DNA from: Minisyncoccota bacterium
GTDB taxonomy: Archaea; Nanobdellota; Nanobdellia; Pacearchaeales; GW2011-AR1
Length of the DNA: 64,000 bases
Reading direction: 5' to 3'
NCBI GenBank assembly: GCA_035453125.1
Contig: DAOTCN010000001.1
Coordinates: forward strand, 85,061 to 149,060
A model generated the notes under the pieces. It worked only from the letters and a program-made list of their open reading frames with translations, did not search any database and was not told the origin of the DNA. The position numbers and the translations under genes were made by a program. This document shows positions 31,073-39,650 of this stretch, piece by piece (within the stretch, counting starts at the first letter, position 1; each line of letters opens with the position of its first letter).

Positions 31073-31405
31073 TTGTACATATTAGACTCAAAACGGCTCC
31101 CTGAAAAACTTCATTTTAAAATTTCAGCACTGGGTCCAGAGTCTATAGATTCAACTGAAATTTGTAATAATATGTTCTCAAATGAGTTTAATTGTAAATC
31201 ATATAATGGATTATCTAGTAGGAAGAATTACATTTGCCAAATTAATTCTGAAAGTGAAAATTATGGGGATGCTCAATGTGGCAGTAATAATGGTAATCAG
31301 AAACTAAAATGGGTTGATTGTGATTGCGAAACAATTTATGACTTAGTGTTTTATAGTGCTCAAAATCAAAATACATATGATTGGACACCAACAAAGAAGG
31401 CATAA
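31073..31405 (+). CDS. Cys-rich hypothetical protein, possibly disrupted at its 5' end
   Basis: A signal-peptide-like ORF starts at 31009 in another frame. Confidence 0.35.
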   Translation: MYILDSKRLPEKLHFKISALGPESIDSTEICNNMFSNEFNCKSYNGLSSRKNYICQINSESENYGDAQCGSNNGNQKLKWVDCDCETIYDLVFYSAQNQNTYDWTPTKKA

Positions 31406-32519
31406 TCTTTATAAAAAAGATGTTAACAAACTAACAAAAATGAAACAAATAAAAAAGAGGTTACTTATGGCATATTTATTCATTGGACTATTCTTAATAA
31501 TTTTTATGATTGAAAATGCAAGTGCTTTTTTTAGTAGAGATAAAGAAATCGGATTTATTAACACTAACGATAATTTTTACTCTTTTTCTTCAGACCTGAG
31601 TTCATTTAGTATAGAAGTTAATAATAGTCTTAATACTGAAGGAGCTAGTATTTATTTGGACACCAGCACTACCACTGATGGAGGATATTATGGTTCTCTT
31701 TACTATTTCAATAATAATGAAAAGTACGATTGTGAATTCACAGGATATTATAATGAAGGCATATCTGCAATGTTTGGAAACAAAAAACTTAGGTTTAATG
31801 GATTTATTACATGTAAAGAGAAAAATAATGGCATAATTTTACTAGGTCAAATTTCATCTAATCTTAAACTAGACTCTAATTGTAGAAGAAATTCAAATAT
31901 AAATTATTGTAAAGTAATAAGCGACGATCTCCCAGATTTTAGTTCAATAAACCTATTTTTATTTGAGGTTAATAATTCTCTACAAGACTTTCAACAAAAT
32001 ATTAAACTTAAAAATATTGAAACAACTCAATCTAGTCAAACCGAACAAATTACTAATCTAACTTTATGGAGAAATAATGTTAGTTTTGTTTTAGCAACAA
32101 ATTCTTCTCCAATAGGTAATGGGAGTTATTCTTATAATATCACAATTTATAATTTGACAAATATAAATCAAAGAATTTCATCCTTAGAAGCAAATCAAAC
32201 AAATATCACTGCAAGAGTATCGCTTCTTGAGTCATGGAAAGAATTCATTAATCGTGCTTTAGTTTCTTTAGATGAAATTGGTTTTGGTTTGAATAAATTA
32301 ACTGAAAGAGTTGTTGTATTAGAAAATAAATCAATAGTAATCCAAAATGGTTCTTTACCAAATTATTTCAAATATCTAAGTACTAGTGATAGAAAGACAA
32401 TGATTTGTGGTTATGCACAAGATAATCATCTAACACAAATAAATGACTTGGGATTAAATTGCAATATTACTTATAGACAAACCTCAACAAGAGAATATGC
32501 TACTTGTAAATGTAAATAA
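31356..32519 (+). CDS. Secreted protein with coiled-coil region (start probably ATG 31440)
   Basis: Signal peptide ending ENASA, repeated RIS.LE / RVS.LE / RVV.LE heptads, Cys-containing C-terminal domain. Confidence 0.7.
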   Translation: MLKIKIHMIGHQQRRHNLYKKDVNKLTKMKQIKKRLLMAYLFIGLFLIIFMIENASAFFSRDKEIGFINTNDNFYSFSSDLSSFSIEVNNSLNTEGASIYLDTSTTTDGGYYGSLYYFNNNEKYDCEFTGYYNEGISAMFGNKKLRFNGFITCKEKNNGIILLGQISSNLKLDSNCRRNSNINYCKVISDDLPDFSSINLFLFEVNNSLQDFQQNIKLKNIETTQSSQTEQITNLTLWRNNVSFVLATNSSPIGNGSYSYNITIYNLTNINQRISSLEANQTNITARVSLLESWKEFINRALVSLDEIGFGLNKLTERVVVLENKSIVIQNGSLPNYFKYLSTSDRKTMICGYAQDNHLTQINDLGLNCNITYRQTSTREYATCKCK

Positions 32520-32573
32520 ATATCCTACTCTTTCAAAGCATTATCTTTCTTAATCTTCTTTCTAACTATAAAA

Positions 32574-33977
32574 ATGGAAGAAACGCTTTATGATAAACTT
32601 TGTGATATTAATAATTTATTTCTCGCTTTTGATAAAGCCAGAAAAGGAAAAACTAAAAGAAGATATGTAAAAAGATTTCAAAAGAATCTTAAAGAGAACT
32701 TAGAGAAGCTAAATAAAGAACTTGTAAATCAGACTTATGAACCTTGCCCGTTAAAGAATTTTATTTTAGGAGACCCAAAAACAAGAAAAATAAGCAAGTC
32801 TGCTTATAGAGATAGAGTTGTTAATCATGCCTTATGCAGTATAATTGTACCAATACTTGAAAAGAGTTTTATTTATGATTCTCATGCAAATCAAATAGGC
32901 AAAGGAACTTTAAAGGCAATAGAACGATTTGACAAGTTCAAAAGAAAAGTATCAAGAAATAATACTAGAGAATGTTATGTACTGAAAGCTGACATCAAAC
33001 ACTATTTTGAAGAAATAGACCATGATATATTAATAGGAATAATAAGAAGAAAAATTAAGGATGAAAAAGTTATTTGGCTTATAAAAAAGATACTTGCTGT
33101 AAGCCACAAAGAAAAAGGTATGCCATTAGGAAATTTAACATCGCAATTTTTCGCTAATCTGTATCTTAATGAATTAGACCAATTTGTAAAACATAAGTTA
33201 AGAGTCAAATATTATATTCGTTATGTTGATGACTTTGTAATTATGCATAATTCTAAACAACAGCTTGAAGAATGGAAAATTGAGATTAATAATTTTTTGA
33301 AAGAAAGACTAAAAATTGAATTGCATCCAAGTAAATCCCATATTTTAAGATTAAGCAGTGGAATAAACTTTTTAGGATTTAGAATATTCTTTTATCATAA
33401 ACTTATAAGATCAAGCAATTTGAAGAATCTTGAGAGAAGATTAAATAAGCTTAGAATATTGTTTGATGCTGAGTTGTTAAGCAGAGAAAAAGTTCTCGAA
33501 TCTTTAGAGGGCTGGTTAGCTTATTGTTCTCATGCAAATACCTATAAGTATAGAAAGTATTTAATCAGAATATTTAACAAATGTTTTTCTTATGGAAATA
33601 AATTATTTGTTCATAACAAAAAGAATTATATTAATTACATTAAGAAAGTTAGTGAAAGTGAATTACAATTTGCGGTTCAAAGAACATTATTCAATTATAA
33701 AAAAGGATTATCTATAAAAGAAATTGCAATTAAGCAGAGAATAAAAGAATCAACTGTCTGGGGTCATTTAGCTAATTTAATTGAACATAAGCAATTATCT
33801 ATATGGCAAGTTATTGATAATGAAAAAGCACGTAAGATTTTCAATAAAATTTATAGTCCAAAAGAGAGATTAAGGGATATTAAAAAGAGAATAAAAGATA
33901 ATTCAATAACTTATGATGAAATAGCTTGTGTAATGGCAAGTATTAAGTCTAAAAGAAAGTATTTACACATATTGTAA
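32574..33977 (+). CDS. DGR reverse transcriptase with C-terminal HTH-like extension
   Basis: ARKGK, RDRVV, GKGT, LKADIKHYF, GMPLGNLTSQFFAN, RYVDDF, NFLGF; C-terminal GLSIKEIA..RIKESTVWGHL. Confidence 0.95.
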   Translation: MEETLYDKLCDINNLFLAFDKARKGKTKRRYVKRFQKNLKENLEKLNKELVNQTYEPCPLKNFILGDPKTRKISKSAYRDRVVNHALCSIIVPILEKSFIYDSHANQIGKGTLKAIERFDKFKRKVSRNNTRECYVLKADIKHYFEEIDHDILIGIIRRKIKDEKVIWLIKKILAVSHKEKGMPLGNLTSQFFANLYLNELDQFVKHKLRVKYYIRYVDDFVIMHNSKQQLEEWKIEINNFLKERLKIELHPSKSHILRLSSGINFLGFRIFFYHKLIRSSNLKNLERRLNKLRILFDAELLSREKVLESLEGWLAYCSHANTYKYRKYLIRIFNKCFSYGNKLFVHNKKNYINYIKKVSESELQFAVQRTLFNYKKGLSIKEIAIKQRIKESTVWGHLANLIEHKQLSIWQVIDNEKARKIFNKIYSPKERLRDIKKRIKDNSITYDEIACVMASIKSKRKYLHIL

Positions 33978-34011
33978 TTACTAAGTAGTAACTAACCGAA
34001 AGGTTTATAAA
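33978..34011 (+). promoter_or_regulatory. Promoter of the DGR target: palindrome + BRE + TATA
   Basis: TTACTAAGTAGTAAC-TAA-CCGAAAGG-TTTATAAA ending 21 nt before ATG 34033; the motif recurs elsewhere in the window. Confidence 0.65.
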
Positions 34012-34032
34012 TAGCTTATTTATTGATTTAGT

Positions 34033-34845
34033 ATGGCATTAAAATTAAATCCAGAAAGAGAAGTATATAGAGAATTTTATGGTCAGAATGTGGCTCAAAT
34101 GCCTCTATTAGTAGCTGACAGAAGAGTTCCTATGAATGTTGCTCAATTATTGCAAAGAAGATTAGATGTTAGAAATTCTGATGCTGATGTTAGAACTGCT
34201 TATCATGATAATTATTTTGACACTGGTGATGCTATTGCATATCATCCAGATGGCAGAGTTAAAGTTGTTCTTGATTCTCAAACATTAAGAGAAATTAATC
34301 CTAAAAGTCAGTTAACTAATGGAGCATTAGTCTTAACAGAAGATGCTTATAGAGCTTTAGATGGTGTTGAGTTTAAGAAAGGAAAACTTGAGAAAGTTAA
34401 TGAGGGTCTTTCAATAAAAGAAGTTAAAGCTCATCCAGTTTGGAAAGTTTTAACAAGAGAAGATAAGGCATTACTTGACGATTATGCTGATTGGGCTTTT
34501 ACAGAATATAGAGATAGATTTGCTCAAGGTTCTGATGTTGATGACATAAGAATAATGGGAATTTATCCAGATTCAGCTGGAGAAGCTCCAAAATTAAGGG
34601 CTTGGTGTGTCAACAGGCTCGAGGACGGGTCTAATGCTAATGGCAGGTACCTCCTTGGCGATGACAATGGTCGCTTCCTCGGTATAGCGCCGGAGGCGCT
34701 TAGTGCGCCGGGTAAGGGTGCTTTAAGTGTAAGATTATATACAGTTGCAGATGTTCAAAAAGCACAAAAACAATTAGAACAAATTGATTCAGTAGTAAGA
34801 CCAGAATCTATTAGTGATGTTAAGTCTTTAATATCAAGACTTTAA
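34033..34845 (+). CDS. DGR target (variable) protein, probable C-type-lectin-like fold
   Basis: Contains the VR at about aa 189-219 (RAWCVNRLEDGSNANGRYLLGDDNGRFLGI); no signal peptide; fold is inferred from known DGR targets. Confidence 0.9.
   Translation: MALKLNPEREVYREFYGQNVAQMPLLVADRRVPMNVAQLLQRRLDVRNSDADVRTAYHDNYFDTGDAIAYHPDGRVKVVLDSQTLREINPKSQLTNGALVLTEDAYRALDGVEFKKGKLEKVNEGLSIKEVKAHPVWKVLTREDKALLDDYADWAFTEYRDRFAQGSDVDDIRIMGIYPDSAGEAPKLRAWCVNRLEDGSNANGRYLLGDDNGRFLGIAPEALSAPGKGALSVRLYTVADVQKAQKQLEQIDSVVRPESISDVKSLISRL
34598..34688 (+). repeat. DGR variable repeat (VR)
   Basis: 91-bp ungapped match to 35094-35184 with 10 mismatches, all opposite TR adenines. Confidence 0.95.
34686..34700 (+). 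other. DGR homing hairpin 3' of the VR
   Basis: AGCGCC-GGA-GGCGCT, perfect 6-bp stem with 3-nt loop, absent after the TR. Confidence 0.8.
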
Positions 34846-34955
34846 TTATTTTATTTTTACAATTCTATACAAATATTTTTACTTGAAATTTCGCAAGAAA
34901 TGAAAGTTAAAGATTGTACAACAATCTTTTTATAATCGATTTAATATAGTTCTAA

Positions 34956-35204
34956 GTCCTGGCAACCGTGGAAACATGAGAAGCTGGGTTATACGCACTT
35001 CCACGACGGCAACATAGTTGTCATAAAATACAACCATAACACCTAATGTTGTGAAATGGTGGTGAGAAAGTTAAGTGGAAGAGCTATGCTCTGGGGCTTG
35101 GTATGTCAACAGGCTCGAGAACAGGTCTAATGCTAATGGCAGGAACAACCTTGACAATGACAATGGTCGCTTCCTCGGAATAACTCAGTTGTTGTTTACA
35201 GGAC
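34956..35204 (+). ncRNA. Putative DGR template RNA (structured leader + TR + trailer)
   Basis: GTCCTG (34956-61) pairs with CAGGAC (35199-204); internal stems; TATA-like TTTTATAA about 25 nt upstream. Confidence 0.6.
35094..35184 (+). repeat. DGR template repeat (TR)
   Basis: AAC/AAT-rich copy of the VR (8 Asn codons in the target frame, 27 adenines). Confidence 0.95.
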
Positions 35205-35242
35205 ACTTATTATTATATTTTATATCTATATTTATTAAACAA

Positions 35243-35419
35243 TTATTTCTTCCAATAAACAACCTTAGTTCCATCACTAAGAGCAATACCTTTAGACTTA
35301 TATCCCTTAAGATTTTTGTGAAGTAATTCATCTAATATCATAATTAAATCAACAGTTTTGTTAAACTCTTTTGCTGTTGATTTCTTTTTATCAGTTTTGA
35401 CTGTTAGAATTATTTTCAT
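35243..35419 (-). CDS. Small hypothetical protein (58 aa, not in ORF track)
   Basis: MKIILTVKTDKKK..VVYWKK, downstream of and co-directional with 35470..35733. Confidence 0.4.
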   Translation of the reverse strand: MKIILTVKTDKKKSTAKEFNKTVDLIMILDELLHKNLKGYKSKGIALSDGTKVVYWKK

Positions 35420-35469
35420 CTAGGACAAAGATCGTCACTTGTATTTGAATCTTCTTCATTACTTAGAAA

Positions 35470-35733
35470 TTACTCTTGCCCTTGATTAGTTGATTGTTCT
35501 GCTTCAGGTTGATTTGCTTCTGCTTCCTGTTCTTGTTTAAGTCTTTCCAATCTTTTTACTAGATAATTATGAATAAGCAATCTAATTGCTAAACTAAAAC
35601 GTCCTTGGTCTTCATGTTTTACTTTATCTGTAAATCTTGAATCTTTTTTGATTGACTTATTAAAAAGCTCCATTTCTTTCTCAAAGTCCTTACCATAATA
35701 TACTTGTTTTGAATATCTAGGATTATTTGTCAT
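35470..35733 (-). CDS. Hypothetical protein (possible RHH-like)
   Basis: 87-aa ORF, FSLAIRLLIHNY helix, Q/E-rich tail. Confidence 0.55.
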   Translation of the reverse strand: MTNNPRYSKQVYYGKDFEKEMELFNKSIKKDSRFTDKVKHEDQGRFSLAIRLLIHNYLVKRLERLKQEQEAEANQPEAEQSTNQGQE

Positions 35734-36022
35734 GAAAAAGAAGAGATCCTTGTGTTTTTATATCCCGCTCTTTTATGTATGATACATATGAGTATTGTAT
35801 ATACATTCCCCTATAAGTTTACCCCCATTGATTTTCTCTATATGTATTAAACACTATTTTTGGGACACCATTTCAAAACAAAATTAATAATGATGAAAAC
35901 CAAATAAACACATGTTAATTTGTTTAGTTTTTTTGGTCCTCTTTCCTTTGTAAAAATATCTTAAAATGTAGGGGGTATATTATTTGCAAAAGGTTATTAA
36001 TAACCAATATCTTAGGATAGAT

Positions 36023-37555
36023 ATGTCAATAAACAATAAAGGTGACTTAGGGTTTGAACAGAAGCTTTGGGTTGCTGCTGATAAGATGAGAAGCAATAGG
36101 GATGCTTCCGAATATAAACATGTAGTCTTAGGTTTAATATTTCTAAAATATATTTCAGATGCTTTCAAAGAAGTTTATGAAGAAATAGCAAAAGACCCCT
36201 AAGGTGATCCTGAAGATGTAGATGAATATAAAGCAAGAAATGTCTTTTGGGTTCCTAAAGAATCTAGATGGGATCGTTTACAAAAGAATGCTAAACAACC
36301 AGTAATCGGAAAATTTATTGATGATGCAATGGATGCTATTGAAAAGGATAATCCTTCATTAAAAGGAGTTCTTCCAAAAGACTATGCTCGTCCTGCTTTA
36401 GATAAACAGAGATTAGGTGAACTAATTGATCTCATAGGATCAATAGCTTTGGGAGACAATGAAAGTAGAAGTAAAGATATACTTGGAAGAGTGTATGAAT
36501 ATTTTTTAGGACAATTTGCAGATGCTGAAGGAAAAAAAGGTGGACAGTTTTATACTCCTAGATGTATTGTTAAACTTCTTGTTCAAATGATTGAACCTTA
36601 TAAAGGAAGAGTTTTTGATCCGTGTTGCGGATCAGGTGGAATGTTTGTTCAAAGTGAAAAATTTGTTCAAAGTCACTCTGGAAGGTTAAATGATATTTCT
36701 ATTTTTGGACAAGAAAGTAATCCAACTACTTGGAAATTATGCAAGATGAATTTAGCAATTAGGGGTATTGATTCTTCTTTTATAAAATGGAATAATGAAG
36801 GAAGTTTTTTGAATGATGAACATAGAGATCTTAAAGCAGATTTTATTATTGCTAATCCTCCATTTAATGATTCAGACTGGAAAGGTGAACAATTAAAAGA
36901 AGACATAAGATGGAAATATAGAGTGCCTCCAACTGGAAATGCTAACTTCGCATGGGTTCAACATTTTATACACCATTTAGCACCACATGGAATGGCAGGT
37001 TTTGTTCTAGCTAACGGTTCTTTATCTTCAAATAATGGTGGAGAGGGAGAAATAAGAAAAAACATTATTGAAGCTGATTTAGTTGATTGTATTATTGCGA
37101 TGCCTTCACAGTTGTTTTATAATACTCAAATTCCTGCTTGTTTATGGTTTATTTCAAAAGACAAGAAAAATCATAAATTTAGAAATAGGGAAGGAGAAGT
37201 TTTGTTTATTGATGCAAGAAAATTAGGAAGTATGATTGATAGAAGACATAGAGATCTTACTGATGAAGATGTAAAAAAGATTTCTTCAATTTATCATGCT
37301 TGGAGAGGAGAAGGTGGAAAGTATGAAGATGTTATTGGATTATGCAAGTCTGTTAAGTTAGATGAAATAAGAAAGCATGGACATGTTCTTACTGCTGGAA
37401 GATATGTTGGATCTGAAGAAGTGGAAGAAGATCCAGAAGTCTTTAATGAAAAAATGAAAAGGCTTACAATAGAACTCGCAGAGCAATTCAAAGAGTCTGA
37501 TAAATTAGAAAAAGAGATCAAAGAAAACTTAGCTGGAATTGGCTGGAGGATATAG
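36023..37555 (+). pseudogene. hsdM: Type I R-M methyltransferase subunit interrupted by an in-frame TAA (36200-36202)
   Basis: LWVAADKMR..YKHVVLGLIFLKYISD, stop, then the same frame continues [31 protein letters not shown]. Confidence 0.9.
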
Positions 37556-37558
37556 GGA

Positions 37559-37888
37559 ATGACTACTTTAAAGGCTAGTAAATATTTATATGTGCCTCTT
37601 TTTGTTGCATCATTTGCAAGATCATGTGATGAACCTTTTTTAGATAGAGAAGAAAAACTAAAATACCATTTCTTACCTATGAGTCTTGGTCTTGTGGCAT
37701 CATTTGGTTGTGGTTTGGGTTGTGGTTTATGTTTTTATGATAATATAGTCAATACTGAAAATTTGTTTGGAGCTGCTTTTTGTGGTATAGGATTGATTAC
37801 AAACATTTCTTCAGTGTTATATGAATTTTATAGATCTGCAAAACTTAAGATTGAAGAATCAGAAAATAATAAAAAAATAAGCAAATAA
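37559..37888 (+). CDS. Hypothetical membrane protein
   Basis: Two hydrophobic Gly-rich segments. Confidence 0.55.
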   Translation: MTTLKASKYLYVPLFVASFARSCDEPFLDREEKLKYHFLPMSLGLVASFGCGLGCGLCFYDNIVNTENLFGAAFCGIGLITNISSVLYEFYRSAKLKIEESENNKKISK

Positions 37889-37967
37889 AAATTTATTGAG
37901 TCATATTTGACTTGAAATTCAATTAGGAGAATTTTTAAATAATGTACTTTTATGGTTTCTATATCAT

Positions 37968-38106
37968 GCGCTGCTAGTTTACCGGTAGAATATCTCGTTG
38001 CCAAGTAAAAAGAACCTACGGTTCTTCTTACGACATCTCCCTTGAGGTGTTAAAATGTAAGAAACGCAAAGACGAGGTGAACTGGGTTCAATTCCCAGGC
38101 GGCGCA
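37968..38106 (+). tRNA. tRNA-Gly(GCC) with 68-nt intron at 37/38 (38004-38071)
   Basis: Acceptor GCGCTGC/GCGGCGC, anticodon stem TCTCG/CGAGG, loop TT-GCC-A, T arm CTGGG-TTCAATT-CCCAG. Confidence 0.9.
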
Positions 38107-38109
38107 TAT

Positions 38110-38904
38110 TTATTCTTGCTTTTTAAGAATCTCTCTGATTTTTGGAAGAGCTCTTTTAGCAGATCTTCTTCCTTCTGCAATTAAATGTTTTGCTTCATAA
38201 AAATCAAAAGTACTTACTTTTACGTGAGGTCTTATTACTACATCTGCACCCTCTTCTTGAAATTTTGAAAGAAGACTGTTTTGAAAATAATTTGAATAAT
38301 TTGCAACATTAAAAAAACTAAAATTTTTTAATTCTTTTGTGTGATTAGCTTCAACATTTACAGCAATTATTTTTCCTTTTTTGTCATATTTTCTTGCAAT
38401 ACTCACTGGAAGTATATCTGAAACTCCCCCATCAACAATTAATGATTCTCCTAGTTTAAATGGTTCAAAAAAACCAGGTATTGAAATGCTAGATCTTATT
38501 GCATTAAATAAACTGCCTTTGTTAAATATGATCTTTTTTTGTTCTGATAAATTAAATCCAACTGCAATAAAATCTGTTTTAAGATCTTCTATATTTAGAT
38601 CTTTAGTAAAATCTTTTAGTTTTTCATCAACTCTTCTTGAATTAAACATATAATGATAGCTTGGAAGAGAAAAAAGCATTTTAAAAACATCTTTTTTCTT
38701 TAGATTTAAAAACATCTCTTTTGCTTCATTTAATTTACCTGCACAATACATTCCACCAATAAGTGCACCTGCACTTGTTCCAACAATTTTTTTAATAGGT
38801 ATTTTATTTTCATCAAGAATTTCTAGAACACCAATATGTGCAAGACCCTTTGCACCACCTCCACTTAAAACTACAGTTATACCCCTTCTTTTATTTTTTT
38901 TCAT
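38110..38904 (-). CDS. Patatin-like phospholipase
   Basis: GGGAKG, GTSAG, DGG. Confidence 0.92.
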   Translation of the reverse strand: MKKNKRRGITVVLSGGGAKGLAHIGVLEILDENKIPIKKIVGTSAGALIGGMYCAGKLNEAKEMFLNLKKKDVFKMLFSLPSYHYMFNSRRVDEKLKDFTKDLNIEDLKTDFIAVGFNLSEQKKIIFNKGSLFNAIRSSISIPGFFEPFKLGESLIVDGGVSDILPVSIARKYDKKGKIIAVNVEANHTKELKNFSFFNVANYSNYFQNSLLSKFQEEGADVVIRPHVKVSTFDFYEAKHLIAEGRRSAKRALPKIREILKKQE

Positions 38905-38961
38905 ATTAACTAATATTTATTTTTGCTTAAATATCTTTTGTTATCTTTAGTTTACAGGAGA

Positions 38962-39528
38962 TTACATTTCATCTTTACAAGATTCACATAAATTTCTACC
39001 ATCTACTAATTCAAGAATATCAAAATTACCACATTCTTCGCATGGAGATTCAATAAAAATTCCTTTCTTTGCAAAGTCACTTCTTTGAATTTTTTCGTAT
39101 TCTTCTCTTATTTTTTCATATTCCCTATTAGAATCAAATATTTCTGGAATAAATTTTACAATATCTTTCAGTGTGATATATCCTATTATATATTTGTTTG
39201 AAATAACCGGCATTCTTCTGATTTTGTGCTTGTTCATTTTTTGGAGAGCTTCTTTTAAAGAAGATTCTGGTTTTATTGTATATACTTTTTTTGTTGCTAC
39301 TTCTTTTGCAGTTATTTTTTCAAAATCACAATTTTTTGGTTTTTTTGTAAGTGCCCAAATAATATCTTTTTCAGTTATAATACCTTTTAGTTCCTCTCCT
39401 TTTTTTAAAACAAGGCTTCCTACTCTATTTTTTATCATTTTTTTGGCACAATCTAAAATATTTGAATCAGGATCTGTAGATGCAAATTTACGGGTCATTA
39501 CATCACCTACTCTTATACGATTTTCCAT
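38962..39528 (-). CDS. CBS-pair protein with C-terminal zinc ribbon
   Basis: VGDVMT, GIITEKDI, IRRMPV; CEECG..LCESC. Confidence 0.88.
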   Translation of the reverse strand: MENRIRVGDVMTRKFASTDPDSNILDCAKKMIKNRVGSLVLKKGEELKGIITEKDIIWALTKKPKNCDFEKITAKEVATKKVYTIKPESSLKEALQKMNKHKIRRMPVISNKYIIGYITLKDIVKFIPEIFDSNREYEKIREEYEKIQRSDFAKKGIFIESPCEECGNFDILELVDGRNLCESCKDEM

Positions 39529-39650
39529 TATTTAGTTAAGTTTCTTAAGTTTATATAAGTTATGAAATTGTTTTTTGGTTATTTATTTTACTACATAAAT
39601 GCTTAAAAATTGACTTTTATTCAAATTTTTAGAGGTTATTTTTAATAAAG

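Larger units (their letters stand above)
32574..35204 (+). mobile_element. Diversity-generating retroelement: RT - target (VR) - TR
   Basis: DGR-type RT next to a TR/VR pair with exclusively adenine-specific mismatches. Confidence 0.95.

Noticed and set aside
32574..33977. RT as a group II intron or retron RT
   Set aside because: The adjacent adenine-specific TR/VR pair and the GMPLGNLTSQ motif fit a DGR; no intron domain V or msr/msd arrangement was recognised
35075..35326. 83-aa ORF resembling the DGR target C-terminus
   Set aside because: It is the template repeat read in frame (GTG start, AT-rich tail); better explained as non-coding TR RNA than as a second target
35243..35733. Small ORFs near the TR as Avd candidates
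   Set aside because: Opposite strand, too short, and no Avd-like pattern visible
36200..36202. Stop-codon reassignment or readthrough
   Set aside because: TAA ends many intact genes in this window; a single case fits a nonsense mutation or sequencing error
29351..38106. Intact integrated provirus bounded by att sites
   Set aside because: The tRNA-Val fragment lies on the side away from the island, and no integrase or virion genes were recognised
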